From: Eledone cirrhosa
Lineage: Eukaryota
NCBI GenBank assembly: GCA_964016885.1
Contig: OZ024746.1
Span: forward strand, 3,410,001-3,474,000
DNA length: 64,000 nt
Direction: 5' to 3'
Below are positions 60,960-64,000 of the stretch, piece by piece; position 1 is the stretch's first letter, and each line of letters begins with the position of its first letter. The position numbers and the translations under genes are program-made. The notes below the pieces were generated by a model. That model ran no database searches, had not been told where the DNA came from, and saw nothing but the letters and a program-made list of their open reading frames with translations.

Positions 60960-63900
60960 ATGTATATGTCTACATATATTAATCTAGTATTAGATAAATC
61001 AGTCAAGGTGAGATGATATATATGTCTACATGTGATAGCATTAGATATACCAGTCAAGGTGACATGATATATATATCTACATGTGATAGCATTAGATATA
61101 CCAGCCAAGGTGACATGATATATATATCTACATGTGATAGCATTAGATATACCGGCCAAGGTGACACGATATATATATCTACATGTGGTAGCATTAGATA
61201 TACCAGCCAAGGTGACATGATATATATATCTACATGTGGTAGCATTAGATATACCAGCCAAGGTGAGACGATATATATATCTACATGTGATAGCATTAGA
61301 TATACCAGCCAAGGTGACATGATATATATATCTACATGTGGTAGTATTAGATATACCAGCCAAGGTGACACGATATATACATCTACATGTGGTAGCATTA
61401 GATATACCAGCCAAGGTGACATGATATATACATCTACATGTGGTAGCATTAGATATACCAGCCAAGGTGACATGATATATACATCTACATGTGGTAGCAT
61501 TAGATATACCAGCCAAGGTGACACAATATATATATCTACATGTGATAGCATTAGATATACCAGCTAAGGTGACACGATATATATATCTACATGTGGTAGC
61601 ATTAGATATACCAGCCAAGGTGACATATATATATATCTACATGTGATAGCATTAGATATACCAGTCAAGGTGACATGATATATATATCTACATGTGATAG
61701 TATTAGATATACCAGCCAAGGTGACATGATATATATATCTACATGTGGTAGCATTAGATATACCAGCCAAGGTGACATATCTACATGTGGTAGCATTAGA
61801 TATACCAGCCAAGGTGACACGATATATATATCTACATGTGATAGCATTAGATATACCAGCCAAGGTGACACGATATATATATCTACATGTGATAGCATTA
61901 GATATACCAGCCAAGGTGACACGATATATATATCTACATGTGATAGCATTAGATATACCAGCCAAGGTGACACGATATATATATCTACATGTGATAGCAT
62001 TAGATATACCAGCCAAGGTGACACGATATATATATCTACATGTGATAGCATTAGATATACCAGCCAAGGTGACATGATATATATATCTACATGTGGTAGC
62101 ATTAGATATACCAGCCAAGGTGACATATCTACATGTGGTAGCATTAGATATACCAGCCAAGGTGACATGATATATATATCTACATGTGGTAGCATTAGAT
62201 ATACCAGCCAAGGTGACATGATATATATATCTACATGTGATAGCATTAGATATACCAGCCAAGGTGACATGATATATATATCTACATGTGATAGCATTAG
62301 ATATACCAGCCAAGGTGACATGATATATATATCTACATGTGGTAGCATTAGATATACCAGCCAAGGTGACATGATATATATATCTACATGTGGTAGCATT
62401 AGATATACCAGCCAAGGTGACACGATATATATATCTACATGTGATAGCATTAGATATACCAGCCAAGGTGACATGATATATATATCTACATGTGATAGCA
62501 TTAGATATACCAGCCAAGGTGACATGATATATATATCTACATGTGGTAGTATTAGATATACCAGCCAAGGTGACATGATATATATATCTACATGTGATAG
62601 CATTAGATATACCAGCCAAGGTGACATGATATATATATCTACATGTGATAGCATTAGATATACCAGCCAAGGTGACACGATATATCTACATGTGATAGCA
62701 TTAGATATACCAGCCAAGGTGACACGATATATATATCTACATGTGGTAGTATTAGATATACCAGCCAAGGTGACATGATATATATATCTACATGTGGTAG
62801 CATTAGATATACCAGTCAAGGTGACATGATATATATATATATCTACATGTGATAGCATGAGATATACCAGCCAAGGTGACACGATATATATATCTACATG
62901 TGGTAGCATTAGATATACCAGCCAAGGTGACATGATATATATATCTACATGTGGTAGCATTAGATATACCAGTCAAGGTGACATGATATATATATATATC
63001 TACATGTGATAGCATGAGATATACCAGCCAAGGTGACATGATATATATATCTACATGTGATAGCATTAGATATACCAGCCAAGGTGACATGATATATATA
63101 TCTACATGTGATAGCATTAGATATACCAGCCAAGGTGACGTGATATATATATCTACATGTGGTAGCATTAGATATACCAGCCAAGGTGACATGATATATA
63201 TATCTACATGTGATAGCATTAGATATACCGGCCAAGGTGACACGATATATATATCTACATGTGGTAGTATTAGATATACCAGCCAAGGTGACATGATATA
63301 TACATCTACATGTGATAGCATTAGATATACCAGCCAAGGTGACATGATATATATATCTACATGTGGTAGCATTAGATATACCAGCCAAGGTGACATGATA
63401 TATACATCTACATGTGGTAGCATTAGATATACCAGCCAAGGTGACATGATATATACATCTACATGTGGTAGCATTAGATATACCAGCCAAGGTGACACAA
63501 TATATATATCTACATGTGATAGCATTAGATATACCAGCTAAGGTGACACGATATATATATCTACATGTGGTAGCATTAGATATACCAGCCAAGGTGACAT
63601 ATATATATATCTACATGTGATAGCATTAGATATACCAGCCAAGGTGACACGATATATATATCTACATGTGATAGCATTAGATATACCAGCTAAGGTGACA
63701 CAATATATATATCTACATGTGATAGCATTAGATATACCAGCCAAGGTGACATGATATATATATCTACATGTGATAGCATTAGATATACCAGCCAAGGTGA
63801 CATGATATATATATCTACATGTGATAGCATTAGATATACCCGCCAAGGTGACACAATATATATATCTACATGTGATAGTATTAGATATACCAGCCAAGAT

Positions 63901-64000
63901 GACACGATATATATATCTACATGTGGTAGCATTAGATATACCAGCCAAGGTGACATGATATATATATCTACATGTGGTAGCATTAGATATACCAGCCAAG
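60960..64000. repeat. 51-bp tandem array, ~60 copies, runs off the right edge
   Basis: Unit ccagccaaggtgaca(t/c)gatatatatatctacatgtg(a/g)tagcattagatata with variable internal (TA)n. Confidence 0.97.

Noticed and set aside
60941-63999. Long ORFs on both strands (up to 431 aa)
   Set aside because: By-product of a 51-bp (17-codon) unit; several frames are open on both strands and (TA)n indels break the frame freely.

Overview
AT-rich animal genomic DNA. The repeat families (RTE LINE with (GAT)n tails, tRNA-derived SINEs, TA-embedded Penelope-like pieces) suggest a coleoid cephalopod such as an octopus; this is inference only. Two divergent housekeeping genes are present. RTCB (tRNA-splicing/RNA ligase) lies on the - strand with 8 coding exons at 6910->220 and continues off the left edge. 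GTF3C1 (TFIIIC largest, B-box-binding subunit) lies on the + strand as one uninterrupted 6,075-nt exon at 51336-57410. Around them are a near-full-length degraded RTE LINE, a mariner remnant, many SINEs, piggyBac-like MITEs and several tandem arrays, including a ~13-kb 32-bp satellite with higher-order blocks. The most notable non-obvious signal is a ~230-bp repeat family upstream of RTCB (three copies, two of them an inverted pair) carrying a complete minimal type-I hammerhead ribozyme core (CUGAUGA / GAAA / AUA, palindromic stem III), as described for Penelope-like elements and retrozymes. A relic of a second hammerhead family lies at 46.8 kb. All structures and alignments were read by eye; no folding or database search was run.
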